In this document: positions 38,204-47,394 of the stretch, piece by piece
Layout: every line of letters begins with the position of its first letter
Numbering within the stretch: position 1 is the first letter of the stretch
From: Ruminiclostridium sp.
GTDB taxonomy: Bacteria > Bacillota > Clostridia > Oscillospirales > Ruminococcaceae
Length of the DNA: 64,000 nt
Assembly: GCA_024682455.1 (NCBI GenBank)
Contig: JAIKZF010000044.1
Span: 4,392-68,391, forward strand
Reading direction: 5' to 3'
Translations under genes and position numbers: made by a program
Notes under the pieces: model-generated
Told to the model about the DNA's origin: nothing
The model's input: only the letters and a program-made list of their open reading frames with translations
The model's database searches: none

Positions 38204-38395
38204 TTATTGGAATCTGTAGATTATAGGTTTTCCGTCGGGTCCGAGCAGCGGGGTCAATCCCGCGCCGTATCCCGATTTCCATGTGAGATAAGCGACACCC
38301 GTCTCTCTGTCAACAAGTATCATGCAGCTGCCTGTCTCCTTGAAATCGGAGCCTTCTCTATGCACTACCATGAAGCGATTCTCATTTTTAGCCAT
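38204..38395 (-). CDS. DUF6440-like small protein
   Basis: ILVDRETGVAYL...GAGLTPLLGPDGKP; GGAGG RBS. Confidence 0.75.
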   Translation of the reverse strand: MAKNENRFMVVHREGSDFKETGSCMILVDRETGVAYLTWKSGYGAGLTPLLGPDGKPIIYRFQ

Positions 38396-38419
38396 ACTGC
38401 TGCCTCCTTTCAGGTTAGA

Positions 38420-39085
38420 TCAGTCCTGCTCCCATGCCGTGCGGACGTACCGCTTTACGGTATAAGGAGCGGGAGCCTCCTCCGGCATCGCGCTCTCTAT
38501 CGCGCAGGTAGCCGATATCGGCAGCCCTGTGAGCTCCGAGACCTTCTCCGCGAACCCGAAAGAACCGCGGACATCGTCTTCGGTAGTCTGCGCCCCGAGG
38601 GTGGAGTTGTTCACTATCCCGGTGCAGAGCACACTTCCGGAGGTCTCGATCTCGCGCATCACCTGCGCGGCTTCCTCCGGCTCCTTGGTCAGGTAGCGGT
38701 ATTTGTTGATGACATACAGCACGTCCTTGTCGGCGGTGGCGTTAATCAGCGGTGCGAAGCGTCCGAGAGCCTTCGCGCCCTCGTCGTCGCCGCCCACGTC
38801 TATGACGATATGGGTGCCGCTTTTCAGCAGGCTTTCGAGGGGGATGTTCAGCGAAGGGATATCGAGGTTCGTATTGGCGTAGACGGGCGCGAAGATATCA
38901 ATGCCGCGCTTATCGAAAAGCCCCCTGAAATCTGCGGTGCGGAAGTAGGGATTCACGATGTCAAGGTCGATCACCGTGCACTTTTCGCCGCTTTCCGCGA
39001 TATCGAGAGCGATGTTCACCGATAGGTTGGTCTTTCCCGAGCCGTAATGCCCGGTAACGACCGTGAGCTTCTTATGAGTCATCAC
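38420..39085 (-). CDS. ParA/MinD-like P-loop ATPase associated with oxidoreductase operons
   Basis: GHYGSGKT, DLDIVNPYFR, DVGGDD. Confidence 0.85.
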   Translation of the reverse strand: MMTHKKLTVVTGHYGSGKTNLSVNIALDIAESGEKCTVIDLDIVNPYFRTADFRGLFDKRGIDIFAPVYANTNLDIPSLNIPLESLLKSGTHIVIDVGGDDEGAKALGRFAPLINATADKDVLYVINKYRYLTKEPEEAAQVMREIETSGSVLCTGIVNNSTLGAQTTEDDVRGSFGFAEKVSELTGLPISATCAIESAMPEEAPAPYTVKRYVRTAWEQD

Positions 39086-39591
39086 ATTATCCCGAACATC
39101 TGCATTATCGCCATAGTACCCTGACCGTAGCGATAGCCGCCGTTTCTGCCGATATAGTCGGTCAGCGAGGACATGATCACGCCGAAAATGCCGCCGAATA
39201 CTATCATTGCGATTATTGCGAGACCAATGGAAATAGCCTCAACGATCAGCATAGCCTTGCAGTAGTTCTTCCTGCACTCGGGTCCGTCGCCGAAGCCCCA
39301 TACGAACAGGAATATAAGGCTTATTATGCCGAAGAAGGTCGTAACTATGATAACGCCGACCCAGGAGCCCAGAGACATCTCCTCCTTCGGCTTAGCAACA
39401 GGCTGAGCGTAATTATACTGCGGGGGCGGGGGCACAGGGGCTCCCGGCTGCTGCTGATAGTTCGCCTGTCCGGAAGCGTTTACGTACTGCGGCTGATCGG
39501 GAGCTATGTTGCTGACGTTTTCTCCGCATCTTGTGCAGAAGCGCTCGTCGTCCATAAGAAAATTGCCGCACTTTGTGCATCTTTTGGCCAT
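39082..39591 (-). CDS. zinc-ribbon membrane protein
   Basis: CTKCG...FCTRCG, P/Q-rich linker, two TMs; AAGGAAGG RBS. Confidence 0.8.
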   Translation of the reverse strand: MAKRCTKCGNFLMDDERFCTRCGENVSNIAPDQPQYVNASGQANYQQQPGAPVPPPPQYNYAQPVAKPKEEMSLGSWVGVIIVTTFFGIISLIFLFVWGFGDGPECRKNYCKAMLIVEAISIGLAIIAMIVFGGIFGVIMSSLTDYIGRNGGYRYGQGTMAIMQMFGIM

Positions 39592-39791
39592 ATTTTTCCT
39601 TCCTTTCAAGTCTGGTGAAAAAATTCGTACACTATATAATAACACATTTTCCGTAAAAATGCAACACTTTTTTGCGTTTTCTTTGTAAATGAGTGAATTG
39701 TTCCGAATTTGAGTTGAAAAAAAGAAAAAAATATGCTATAATAACTTTAGTGTATTCTGCATTCTGCATTTATAAAAGGGGTGTCATAAGA

Positions 39792-42275
39792 TTGAAACTT
39801 CTGGTGATAGACGGAAACAGCATAATCAACCGAGCCTTCTACGGCATAAGGCTCCTTTCCAATAAAAAGGGAGTCTATACAAATGCCGTTACAGGCTTTA
39901 TGAATATCTATCTTAAGCTTATCGAAGCCTATAAGCCCGACGGCGCCGCGGCAGCCTTCGACCTGAAAACGCCCACGTTCCGGCATAAAATGTATGACGG
40001 CTACAAGGCGGGCAGACACGCCATGCCGGACGAGCTTGCCGTGCAGCTGCCTTATGTTAAGGAGATACTGCGGGCCCTCGGCGTAAAGGTCGTGGAATGC
40101 GAGGGCTACGAGGCGGACGATATCCTCGGTACGCTTTCGCACGAAGTATCGCTTGCGGACGGCACGTGTGTGATAGCCACGGGCGACAGGGACTCGTTCC
40201 AGCTCATCGGCGACCGCGTCTCGGTAAATCTCGCTTCAAACAAGGAAGACATTCTGTACGACACGGCGAAGATACTTGAGACATACGGAGTGACGCCTCC
40301 CGAAATGATCGAGGTCAAGGCTCTCATGGGCGACAGCAGCGACAATATACCCGGCGTACCGGGAATAGGCGAGAAAACTGCACTCACGCTGATACGGAAA
40401 TATCATTCCATAAAGAATATCTATGCCGACCTTGACGCGCTCGACATCTCAAAGGGCGTGAAGGAAAAGCTCGCGAAGGGCAGGGAAAGCGCCGAGCTTT
40501 CCCGCAGACTGGGCGAGATATGCCTTGAAGCCCCGATAGACAAGGACCTCACGCATTATCTGTTCGGGGAGCGTGACGAAGCGAAGCTGGCTTCCGTGCT
40601 TACCGGGCTTGAAATGTTCTCCGTGCTCAAAAAGCTGAAGGTCTCCGCCGAGGCGATAGACGCGGTGTCGGCGGAAGCCGCCGCGCAGGAGGAAAAGCCC
40701 GAGGTCCGCGCAGATATCCCGGAGCTCGACTTAAGCGTGCCGGATTATATACTCGACGCTGGCGGCAGGCTGTGGAAGTGCGTGAACGGCGAGGTCTCGG
40801 AAGCCGACGTATCGGAGCTGTCCGATAACAGCCCCAAGCGCACATTCGATATAAAGGCGATGCTGACCGCGCTGGGCTGTGAGATCAACGGCGTGGTCTT
40901 CGATTCGACGCTTGCCGCTTATCTGCTGGAGCCGGACGCTGCCGATTACTCGCCGGAAAGGCTCTGCGCTGCGTACAAGGTGCCCTTCGGAGAGGGCGGA
41001 GCAAAGGCTGTAAGCGGGCTCAACCGCGCATTGAACGCCGAGCTCTGCGCGCAGGGCATGGACAGGCTGCTGCGCGAGATAGAGATACCTCTTGCCGGAG
41101 TGCTCGTTTCAATGGAGCGCGAGGGCATAGCGATAGACCGCGAGGCTCTGGTGAGCTTCGGAAAGCGGCTCTCGCAGGAAGCGGAGGAGCTGGAGCAGCA
41201 GATTTATGTGTACGCGGGCGAGCAGTTCAACATAGGCTCGCCGAAGCAGCTCGGGAATATCCTTTTCGAGAAGCTGGGGCTCCCTCACGGGAAAAAGACC
41301 AAGACGGGCTGGTCGACCAACGCCGAGGTGCTGGAGCAGCTCATCGGCAAGGACCCGATAATCGACCTTATAATGCGCTGGAGAGCCGTGACAAAGCTCG
41401 ATTCCACCTACGCGAAGGGGCTTCTCGCCGAGATAGCCGACGACGGGCGCATACACACGACCTTCAAGCAGACCGAGACCCGTACAGGGCGCATATCCTC
41501 CGCCGAGCCGAATATACAGAATATCCCGGTAAGAACAGAGCTCGGACGTGAGTTCAGGCGCTTTTTCATAGCGAAAAAGGGGTATCTGCTGGTCGACGCG
41601 GACTACTCGCAGATCGAGCTTCGCATATTGGCGCATCTTTCCGGCGATCCGAACATGATAAAGGCGTTCCGCGAGGGCGAGGACATACACACGGTCACGG
41701 CGTCGCAGGTATTCGATATGCCCGCGGAGTGGGTGACCCCGGAGATGCGCCGCAGCGCGAAGGCTGTAAACTTCGGCATAGTGTACGGCATAGGGGCGTT
41801 CTCGCTCTCAAAGGACATCAACGTGTCCGTGCTCCAGGCGGACGCGTATATCAAATCCTACCTTGCGAAGTACCGCGGGGTCGACAATTTCATGAAAAAG
41901 ACGGTCTCCGACGGCACACGAAACGGCTATGTATCGACGATGTGGGGGCGCAGGCGCTATATCCGCGAGCTGAACGCCTCGAACAAGAACGTTCAGGCGC
42001 TCGGGCGGCGAATGGCGATGAATGCGCCGGTGCAGGGAACAGCCGCCGATATCATAAAGCTGGCTATGATAAGGGTACATGAACGGCTGAAAGCTGAGGA
42101 TCTCGACGCGCGGCTGATATTACAGGTGCACGACGAGCTGATCGCCGAGGCGCGCGAGGACTGCGCGGAGCGTGTCGGGGAGATAATTGCCTCGGAAATG
42201 GAGCACGCCGCCGAGCTTTCCGTGCCGCTGACAGTCGAGGCAAAGACGGGCAGGAGCTGGTATGATGCACACTGA
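39792..42275 (+). CDS. polA: DNA polymerase I
   Basis: 5'-3' exonuclease IDGNS, GDSSDNIPG; polymerase motifs DYSQIELR, AKAVNFG, QVHDEL; TTG start after AAGGGG; TTGAAA-17-TATAAT promoter at 39714-39742. Confidence 0.97.
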   Translation: MKLLVIDGNSIINRAFYGIRLLSNKKGVYTNAVTGFMNIYLKLIEAYKPDGAAAAFDLKTPTFRHKMYDGYKAGRHAMPDELAVQLPYVKEILRALGVKVVECEGYEADDILGTLSHEVSLADGTCVIATGDRDSFQLIGDRVSVNLASNKEDILYDTAKILETYGVTPPEMIEVKALMGDSSDNIPGVPGIGEKTALTLIRKYHSIKNIYADLDALDISKGVKEKLAKGRESAELSRRLGEICLEAPIDKDLTHYLFGERDEAKLASVLTGLEMFSVLKKLKVSAEAIDAVSAEAAAQEEKPEVRADIPELDLSVPDYILDAGGRLWKCVNGEVSEADVSELSDNSPKRTFDIKAMLTALGCEINGVVFDSTLAAYLLEPDAADYSPERLCAAYKVPFGEGGAKAVSGLNRALNAELCAQGMDRLLREIEIPLAGVLVSMEREGIAIDREALVSFGKRLSQEAEELEQQIYVYAGEQFNIGSPKQLGNILFEKLGLPHGKKTKTGWSTNAEVLEQLIGKDPIIDLIMRWRAVTKLDSTYAKGLLAEIADDGRIHTTFKQTETRTGRISSAEPNIQNIPVRTELGREFRRFFIAKKGYLLVDADYSQIELRILAHLSGDPNMIKAFREGEDIHTVTASQVFDMPAEWVTPEMRRSAKAVNFGIVYGIGAFSLSKDINVSVLQADAYIKSYLAKYRGVDNFMKKTVSDGTRNGYVSTMWGRRRYIRELNASNKNVQALGRRMAMNAPVQGTAADIIKLAMIRVHERLKAEDLDARLILQVHDELIAEAREDCAERVGEIIASEMEHAAELSVPLTVEAKTGRSWYDAH

Positions 42276-42669
42276 GAATGATATAGCGTTCATAGCGTCG
42301 CTGGAGTACGAATGTTTCGCGGAGCCGTGGGACGCGCAGACCGTAAGAACGGTAGCCGACGACCCGGACGGGATATGCGTATATATGCAGGGTACGGGAT
42401 ATGCGCTCGGAAAGCTCGCCGCTGACGAGGCGGAGCTGTACCGCATTGCCGTGGTTCCGGGACGGCGCGGACGGGGCTTCGGAGGTCTTATAATTGACCG
42501 CTTCATTTCCGAGTGCGCCGGACGGGGGGCTTCACGGGTGTTTCTTGAGGTACGCAGTAAAAATGTTCGCGCAATTTCGCTATATGAACGAAAAAGCTTT
42601 ATCCGGATAGGGGTTCGTAAGGGCTACTACCCCGATGACGACGCTGTTCTGTACGAATTGGAGATTTAA
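42262..42669 (+). CDS. rimI: RimI-like GNAT N-acetyltransferase
   Basis: EAELYRIAV...RGRGFG...FLEVRSKN..AISLY...RKGYY. Confidence 0.75.
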   Translation: MMHTENDIAFIASLEYECFAEPWDAQTVRTVADDPDGICVYMQGTGYALGKLAADEAELYRIAVVPGRRGRGFGGLIIDRFISECAGRGASRVFLEVRSKNVRAISLYERKSFIRIGVRKGYYPDDDAVLYELEI

Positions 42670-42832
42670 TATTTCTCTAATGCTGTTTAATTTTCTCAAT
42701 CTTTGTGTAAAACGCAGAAATTTTGCATTTTTGTGGAGATTTTATATGAAAAGTATGGACAAAACCGTTTTTTTATGGTAATATAGCAATGATATGGTAC
42801 TGCTTATACTGTCCGAAACGGAGGATGTTTAT

Positions 42833-44497
42833 ATGAAGGGTTCATTGAGGGCTCTCCTGCAGAGGAATACTTACCTTCTGGGAGGCGTCGGCGCCGTACT
42901 TTTCATCATACTGATGATCATAGGCATAACGGGCGGCAATACCGCCGTGCTTATCCTGTCGCTTATAGGCGCGGCATTCAGCGCCGGTTTTTGCTTTTAC
43001 AGCCTTTCCCGGTATAAGGCGCGGATAATCGAACCCGCCGAAAAGCTTGCGGATTCGGTCTCGGCATATCTCTCCGGAGAGTATGACAAGGCTTCTGTCA
43101 GGCTGGACAGCGGCACCGAGCTCGATGAGGCCGCAAAGGCGATAAACGCCGCAGCTTATACCGACGGTATGATAACCGGGATCGTCTATGACATAGCAAG
43201 GGGCGACTTCACACGTGATATCTCCGCTCTTCCGGAAAATATCGAGGTGACGAAAGGGCTGAAAAGCCTGTATGTCAATCTGTCCAGGGCATTCAGCGAC
43301 CTTTCCGGAGGCGCTGAAAAGGTCAATGCCGACGGAGCCCGCGTCTCCCAGGCGTCGATGACCCTCTCGCAGGGCGTTTCGGCACAGGCGAGCACAGTCG
43401 AGGAGCTTGCGTCAACGGTGAATGAGATCAGGAACGCGGTAGTCAAGAACGCGGAGAACGCCCGTGCCGCTCACAGGAACGCCGAGGAAGCGAGCGAGGC
43501 TGTGAACGAGGGCTCGGAGAGAATGAAGGAGCTGCTTAAAGCAATGGACGACATCAGCAGATCCACAAATGAGATACTTAAGTTCAATAAGGTCATCGAA
43601 GATATAGCCTTCCAGACTAATATACTTGCGCTAAACGCTTCCGTTGAGGCGGCGCGCGCGGGCGACGCCGGCAAGGGCTTCGCGGTCGTTGCGAGTGAGG
43701 TCAAGAATCTCGCCGTCAAGTCGCAGGAGGCCTCGCACCAGACCAGCACGGTCATCCAGAGCTGCGTCGAGAGCGTGCGCGACGGCGTGGAAAAGACCCG
43801 TCAGACAGCCAGCGTATTCACTACGATAGCCGAGAAGTCCGCGATGATAGGCGAGGGACTGAATGTCATCTCCGAGGCGTGCGAGCAGCAGTCCGAGGCT
43901 ATTACTCAGATCAATATCGGCGTTGAGCAGATAAGCGGCGTTATCCAGAGCACGTCTATGACGGCCGACGAGTGCGCGCAGTCCGCGGCAGAGCTCACCG
44001 GAAGATCGGGAGATCTCCGTGAGATAGTCGGCAGATTCAGGTTCGACAGCTCGAACCTTAGCAAGGTCGAGAGTAAGTCCGCAAACGGAACTGCGAGATC
44101 GTCCGCAAAGTCGTCTCAGGCTCAGAAGCCCGCGTCTAGACCCGCGGAAAGACCCGCTGCGAAGCCCGCCGAGAAGCCCGCTCAGAGACCCGCTCCGAAG
44201 CCCGCCGAAAAGCCTGCTCAGAGACCCGCTGCGAAGCCCGCCGAGAAGCCCGCTCAGAGACCCGCTGCGAAGCCCGTCGAGAAGCCTGCTGCGAGACCGG
44301 CTCCGAAGCCCGTCGAGAAGCCTGCTGCGAGACCCGCTCCGAGGCCCGTCGAAAAGCCCGCTCCGAGACCCGCTCCGGCTCCGGCGCCCGTTCAGACGGC
44401 TTCCGCTAATGTCATAGCTCCGTCGATCACTCCCGGAGGACGCGGCAGCAGCTACGCGAACGCGGAATTTGTGGATATCCCGGATAACAAGTATTGA
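42833..44497 (+). CDS. methyl-accepting chemotaxis protein with Pro/Ala/Lys-rich C-terminal tail
   Basis: Two adjacent TMs, HAMP-like region, IAFQTNILALNASVEAARAGDAGKGFAVVASEV; GGAGG RBS. Confidence 0.92.
   Translation: MKGSLRALLQRNTYLLGGVGAVLFIILMIIGITGGNTAVLILSLIGAAFSAGFCFYSLSRYKARIIEPAEKLADSVSAYLSGEYDKASVRLDSGTELDEAAKAINAAAYTDGMITGIVYDIARGDFTRDISALPENIEVTKGLKSLYVNLSRAFSDLSGGAEKVNADGARVSQASMTLSQGVSAQASTVEELASTVNEIRNAVVKNAENARAAHRNAEEASEAVNEGSERMKELLKAMDDISRSTNEILKFNKVIEDIAFQTNILALNASVEAARAGDAGKGFAVVASEVKNLAVKSQEASHQTSTVIQSCVESVRDGVEKTRQTASVFTTIAEKSAMIGEGLNVISEACEQQSEAITQINIGVEQISGVIQSTSMTADECAQSAAELTGRSGDLREIVGRFRFDSSNLSKVESKSANGTARSSAKSSQAQKPASRPAERPAAKPAEKPAQRPAPKPAEKPAQRPAAKPAEKPAQRPAAKPVEKPAARPAPKPVEKPAARPAPRPVEKPAPRPAPAPAPVQTASANVIAPSITPGGRGSSYANAEFVDIPDNKY
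44126..44390 (+). repeat. coding tandem repeat (12-bp unit, 36-bp higher-order unit)
   Basis: About six copies of AAGCCCGCCGAGAAGCCCGCTCAGAGACCCGCTGCG-like units encoding KPAEKPAQRPAA variants. Confidence 0.9.
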
Positions 44498-44562
44498 TAC
44501 ATATAAGGCCGCGGAGCAGCTCTCCGCGGCTTTTGTGTGCGGCGGCGAAGGAATGGGACGTT

Positions 44563-45339
44563 ATGAAACTGAACGAGAGCTTTGAAAAGACGATAACCTC
44601 CGAGGACGTTGAGCGCTGGAGATACCCGCGCTTCTTCGGCGAAAATTCGGGAGATACCGCTGTGATAACGGGAACGGACGCTGTTCATATTTCGCGGGTA
44701 CTGCGAATGAAGAACGGCGACCTTGCGGTTGTGTGCGACGGGGCGGGTACCGACTGCCTGAGCCGGGTGATCTCCGCTGCCGACTCCGCAGTCACGCTTG
44801 AGATACTCGACCGCAGGCCGTCCGATGGCGAGCCATCGCTTAAGCTGAGGCTGTTCCAATGCCTGCCGAAAGCCGACAAAATGGACTTCATCGTTCAGAA
44901 GGCTGTGGAGCTGGGAGCCGCCGAAATTATCCCGGTGATATCGAAGCGCTGTGTCTCGCGCCCGGACGCGAAGACAGCGGCGAAAAAGTGCGAGCGCTGG
45001 CAGCGTATAGCGGAGGAAGCCGCAAAGCAGTGCGGGCGCGGCAGGATACCAGCGGTGGGCGGGCTGATGAGCTTCGGCGAGGCGGTAAAGGCGCACACGG
45101 CCGGGGCAGGGCTGTTCTTTTACGAATGCGGAGGCGCGCGCCTGAACGACATCGTGAGCCCGGACTGCGCCGAGGCTGATATCTATATCGGCTCCGAGGG
45201 CGGCTTTGAGCCCGCCGAGGCTGAGCTGGCGAGTTCCGCGGGCATAGTCCCCGCTACCCTCGGGACGCGGATACTGCGCTGTGAGACAGCGCCCGTCGCG
45301 GTGATAGCTGTCTTGATGAATATAACAAATAATATGTGA
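44563..45339 (+). CDS. rsmE: 16S rRNA m3U1498 methyltransferase
   Basis: HISRVLR, QKAVELG, EAAKQCGR, IGSEGGF, LGTRILRCETA. Confidence 0.95.
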   Translation: MKLNESFEKTITSEDVERWRYPRFFGENSGDTAVITGTDAVHISRVLRMKNGDLAVVCDGAGTDCLSRVISAADSAVTLEILDRRPSDGEPSLKLRLFQCLPKADKMDFIVQKAVELGAAEIIPVISKRCVSRPDAKTAAKKCERWQRIAEEAAKQCGRGRIPAVGGLMSFGEAVKAHTAGAGLFFYECGGARLNDIVSPDCAEADIYIGSEGGFEPAEAELASSAGIVPATLGTRILRCETAPVAVIAVLMNITNNM

Positions 45340-45441
45340 ATCGTTTGTGCAAAGTGACAAATTTGAAAATTTACTTGAAAAAACACGGAAAATGATATAT
45401 AATAATTATATAAATTTTTTCTGAAAAGGAAGGATCAGACC

Positions 45442-45711
45442 ATGAACAAAAATGTAATTGCAGTCCTTATCGGTATCATCGCAGTACTGGCGGGCGCTCT
45501 TGCGGCGTTCCTCATTATCCGTAAGAAGTTTGCGGACGACGATGACTTTGATGAATTCGAGGACTTTGATATGATCGGCGACGACGAGTTCTTTGATGAG
45601 GACGAGTTCTTCTCCGAGGACGACTCCGATTATGAGATAGGCAACGATAATTCCATGCCCTTTGCCGCAGGTGCGGAGGAAAATGCCGCGGCGGAGGACA
45701 ACGCTCTCTGA
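45442..45711 (+). CDS. small single-TM protein with Asp/Glu/Phe-rich tail
   Basis: AAGGAAGG RBS; TTGAAA-17-TATAAT promoter at 45375-45403; N-terminal TM then RKK and an acidic tail. Confidence 0.75.
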   Translation: MNKNVIAVLIGIIAVLAGALAAFLIIRKKFADDDDFDEFEDFDMIGDDEFFDEDEFFSEDDSDYEIGNDNSMPFAAGAEENAAAEDNAL

Positions 45712-45728
45712 TTTTGCCGGGAGGAACT

Positions 45729-47174
45729 ATGAAAAAAATAATCCGAAAGGCTTTAAGCTTTCTTATGACCGCCGTGCTGGCTATGTCCGCGGCGGCTGTT
45801 CCTGCTTTTGCCGACGATTCCCGACAGAAGCTCCCCGACAATCAGGCAATGAGATTCGTTGACGGAATGGGCGCAGGCTGGAACCTCGGCAACGCTTTCG
45901 ATGCGATATCCGACAAGACCCCTGCTGACGAGATGACTCTGGAGACCTTCTGGTGCGGAGCAAAGACCACCAGGGAGCTCATAAAGGCCGTGAAAAAGGC
46001 GGGATTCGGGACTATACGCATACCCGTGTCATGGCATAACCACGTTGACAAGGATCTCAATATCAGCGACGCGTGGATGTCCCGCGTCAAGGAGGTCGTT
46101 GACTGGTGCCTGGAGGAGGGTCTTTACGTTATCATCAATATACATCACGACAACGGAAAAAACGACTACGCGTACTATCAGCCAAGCGCCGAGGAAAAGG
46201 ACAGATCAGTAAAGTACATAAGCTCGGTCTGGAAGCAGATATCCAAGACCTTCAGAAACTACGGTGAAAAGCTCGTGTTCGAGGGTCTGAACGAGCCGCG
46301 CCTTACGGGGACGAACTACGAGTGGTGGTTCGACACGAAAAAAATGAACGATGAGGTAAAGGCAGCTCTCGAAAACATCAATCTGTTCAACCAGACGTTT
46401 GTTGACACAGTCCGCGCCTCGGGCGGGAAGAACGCAAACCGCTATCTGCTCATAGTCGGCTACGCGGGCAAGAATGACGAGTGCGGCGTGCTGTCCGATT
46501 ACTATAAGCTCCCGGATGATACCGTAAAGAACAGGCTTATCGTTGACTGTCACTACTACGGTATCGGAGTCAAGACTTCGCCGAAGGTAATAGACGGCAT
46601 GTACAACAAGTATACCTCAAAGGGTATACCCGCCATGGTGACGGAGTACGGTCTTAATGAGAACGGCTATAAGTACGTCGATCAGGAGGATACGGCGACC
46701 GAGCGCATGGGAGAATTCTTCGCGTACGCGAGGAACCGCGGCGTATCCGTTGTGATCTGGGACAACAATTACGGCAATAAAGGGCAGAAGGGTCACAAGT
46801 TCATAGACCGCAAGACCGCTACCGTTATCGTGCCGAAGCTTGTAAAGGCGATCACGAAGAACGGAGCTCCCGCCCTGAGCGGCAGCAAGACCTCGGCGGA
46901 TACGTCCTCCGCGGGTCCGAAGGTGACGGCAAAGTCCACGGCAGCCGGCAAGGTGACGCTTAGCTGGGACAAGGTCGAGGGCGCGACGAAGTACGCGGTT
47001 TACCAGTACGTAGACGGGGCTTATAAGTCTGTAAAATCCAAGGTCACCAAAACCACATATACGATCAAGGGGCTGACCTCGGGCAGCACTTACAGGTTCG
47101 CCGTCCGCGCTTATGTGAACGGAAAATGGACAACTCTCACGAGCAAGGACTCTGTGAAGATCAAGGTAAAATAG
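45729..47174 (+). CDS. secreted GH5 endoglucanase with C-terminal CBM37/Fn3-like module
   Basis: Signal peptide; GWNLGN, IRIPVSW, INIHHD, FEGLNEP, HYY, VTEYG, WDN; tail VTLSWDKVEGATKYAVY...YRFAVRAYVNGKW. Confidence 0.92.
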   Translation: MKKIIRKALSFLMTAVLAMSAAAVPAFADDSRQKLPDNQAMRFVDGMGAGWNLGNAFDAISDKTPADEMTLETFWCGAKTTRELIKAVKKAGFGTIRIPVSWHNHVDKDLNISDAWMSRVKEVVDWCLEEGLYVIINIHHDNGKNDYAYYQPSAEEKDRSVKYISSVWKQISKTFRNYGEKLVFEGLNEPRLTGTNYEWWFDTKKMNDEVKAALENINLFNQTFVDTVRASGGKNANRYLLIVGYAGKNDECGVLSDYYKLPDDTVKNRLIVDCHYYGIGVKTSPKVIDGMYNKYTSKGIPAMVTEYGLNENGYKYVDQEDTATERMGEFFAYARNRGVSVVIWDNNYGNKGQKGHKFIDRKTATVIVPKLVKAITKNGAPALSGSKTSADTSSAGPKVTAKSTAAGKVTLSWDKVEGATKYAVYQYVDGAYKSVKSKVTKTTYTIKGLTSGSTYRFAVRAYVNGKWTTLTSKDSVKIKVK

Positions 47175-47179
47175 CATAA

Positions 47180-47217
47180 TATGAACGGACAGGCTGGACT
47201 TGTCCGTTCATTTTTTG
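47180..47217 (+). terminator. intrinsic terminator
   Basis: ATGAACGGACA...TGTCCGTTCAT followed by a T run. Confidence 0.85.
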
Positions 47218-47276
47218 TGCGTGCAGGAAAATTGCACGAATCCTGCAAAAAATGTTGAGATAGTGGCAAAAAACAC

Positions 47277-47305
47277 TTGACCTCGGAAAGAAAAAATAGT
47301 ATAAT
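47277..47305 (+). promoter_or_regulatory. sigma-A promoter of pckG
   Basis: TTGACC-17-TATAAT. Confidence 0.65.
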
Positions 47306-47394
47306 ATTAATGTGTGCAGCGGAGACGGCATCTCCGCATAATATAACGGTAAAACTTTTTTTACAATATCTTAAAAGGTAAGGAGAAAACAGCT

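Noticed and set aside
40700-41050. Shortened, degenerate 3'-5' exonuclease region of PolA
   Set aside because: Loss of proofreading motifs is common in Firmicutes Pol I.
44126-44390. Regular 36-bp periodicity resembling a CRISPR array
   Set aside because: No unique spacers, in frame within the MCP gene, and no cas genes.
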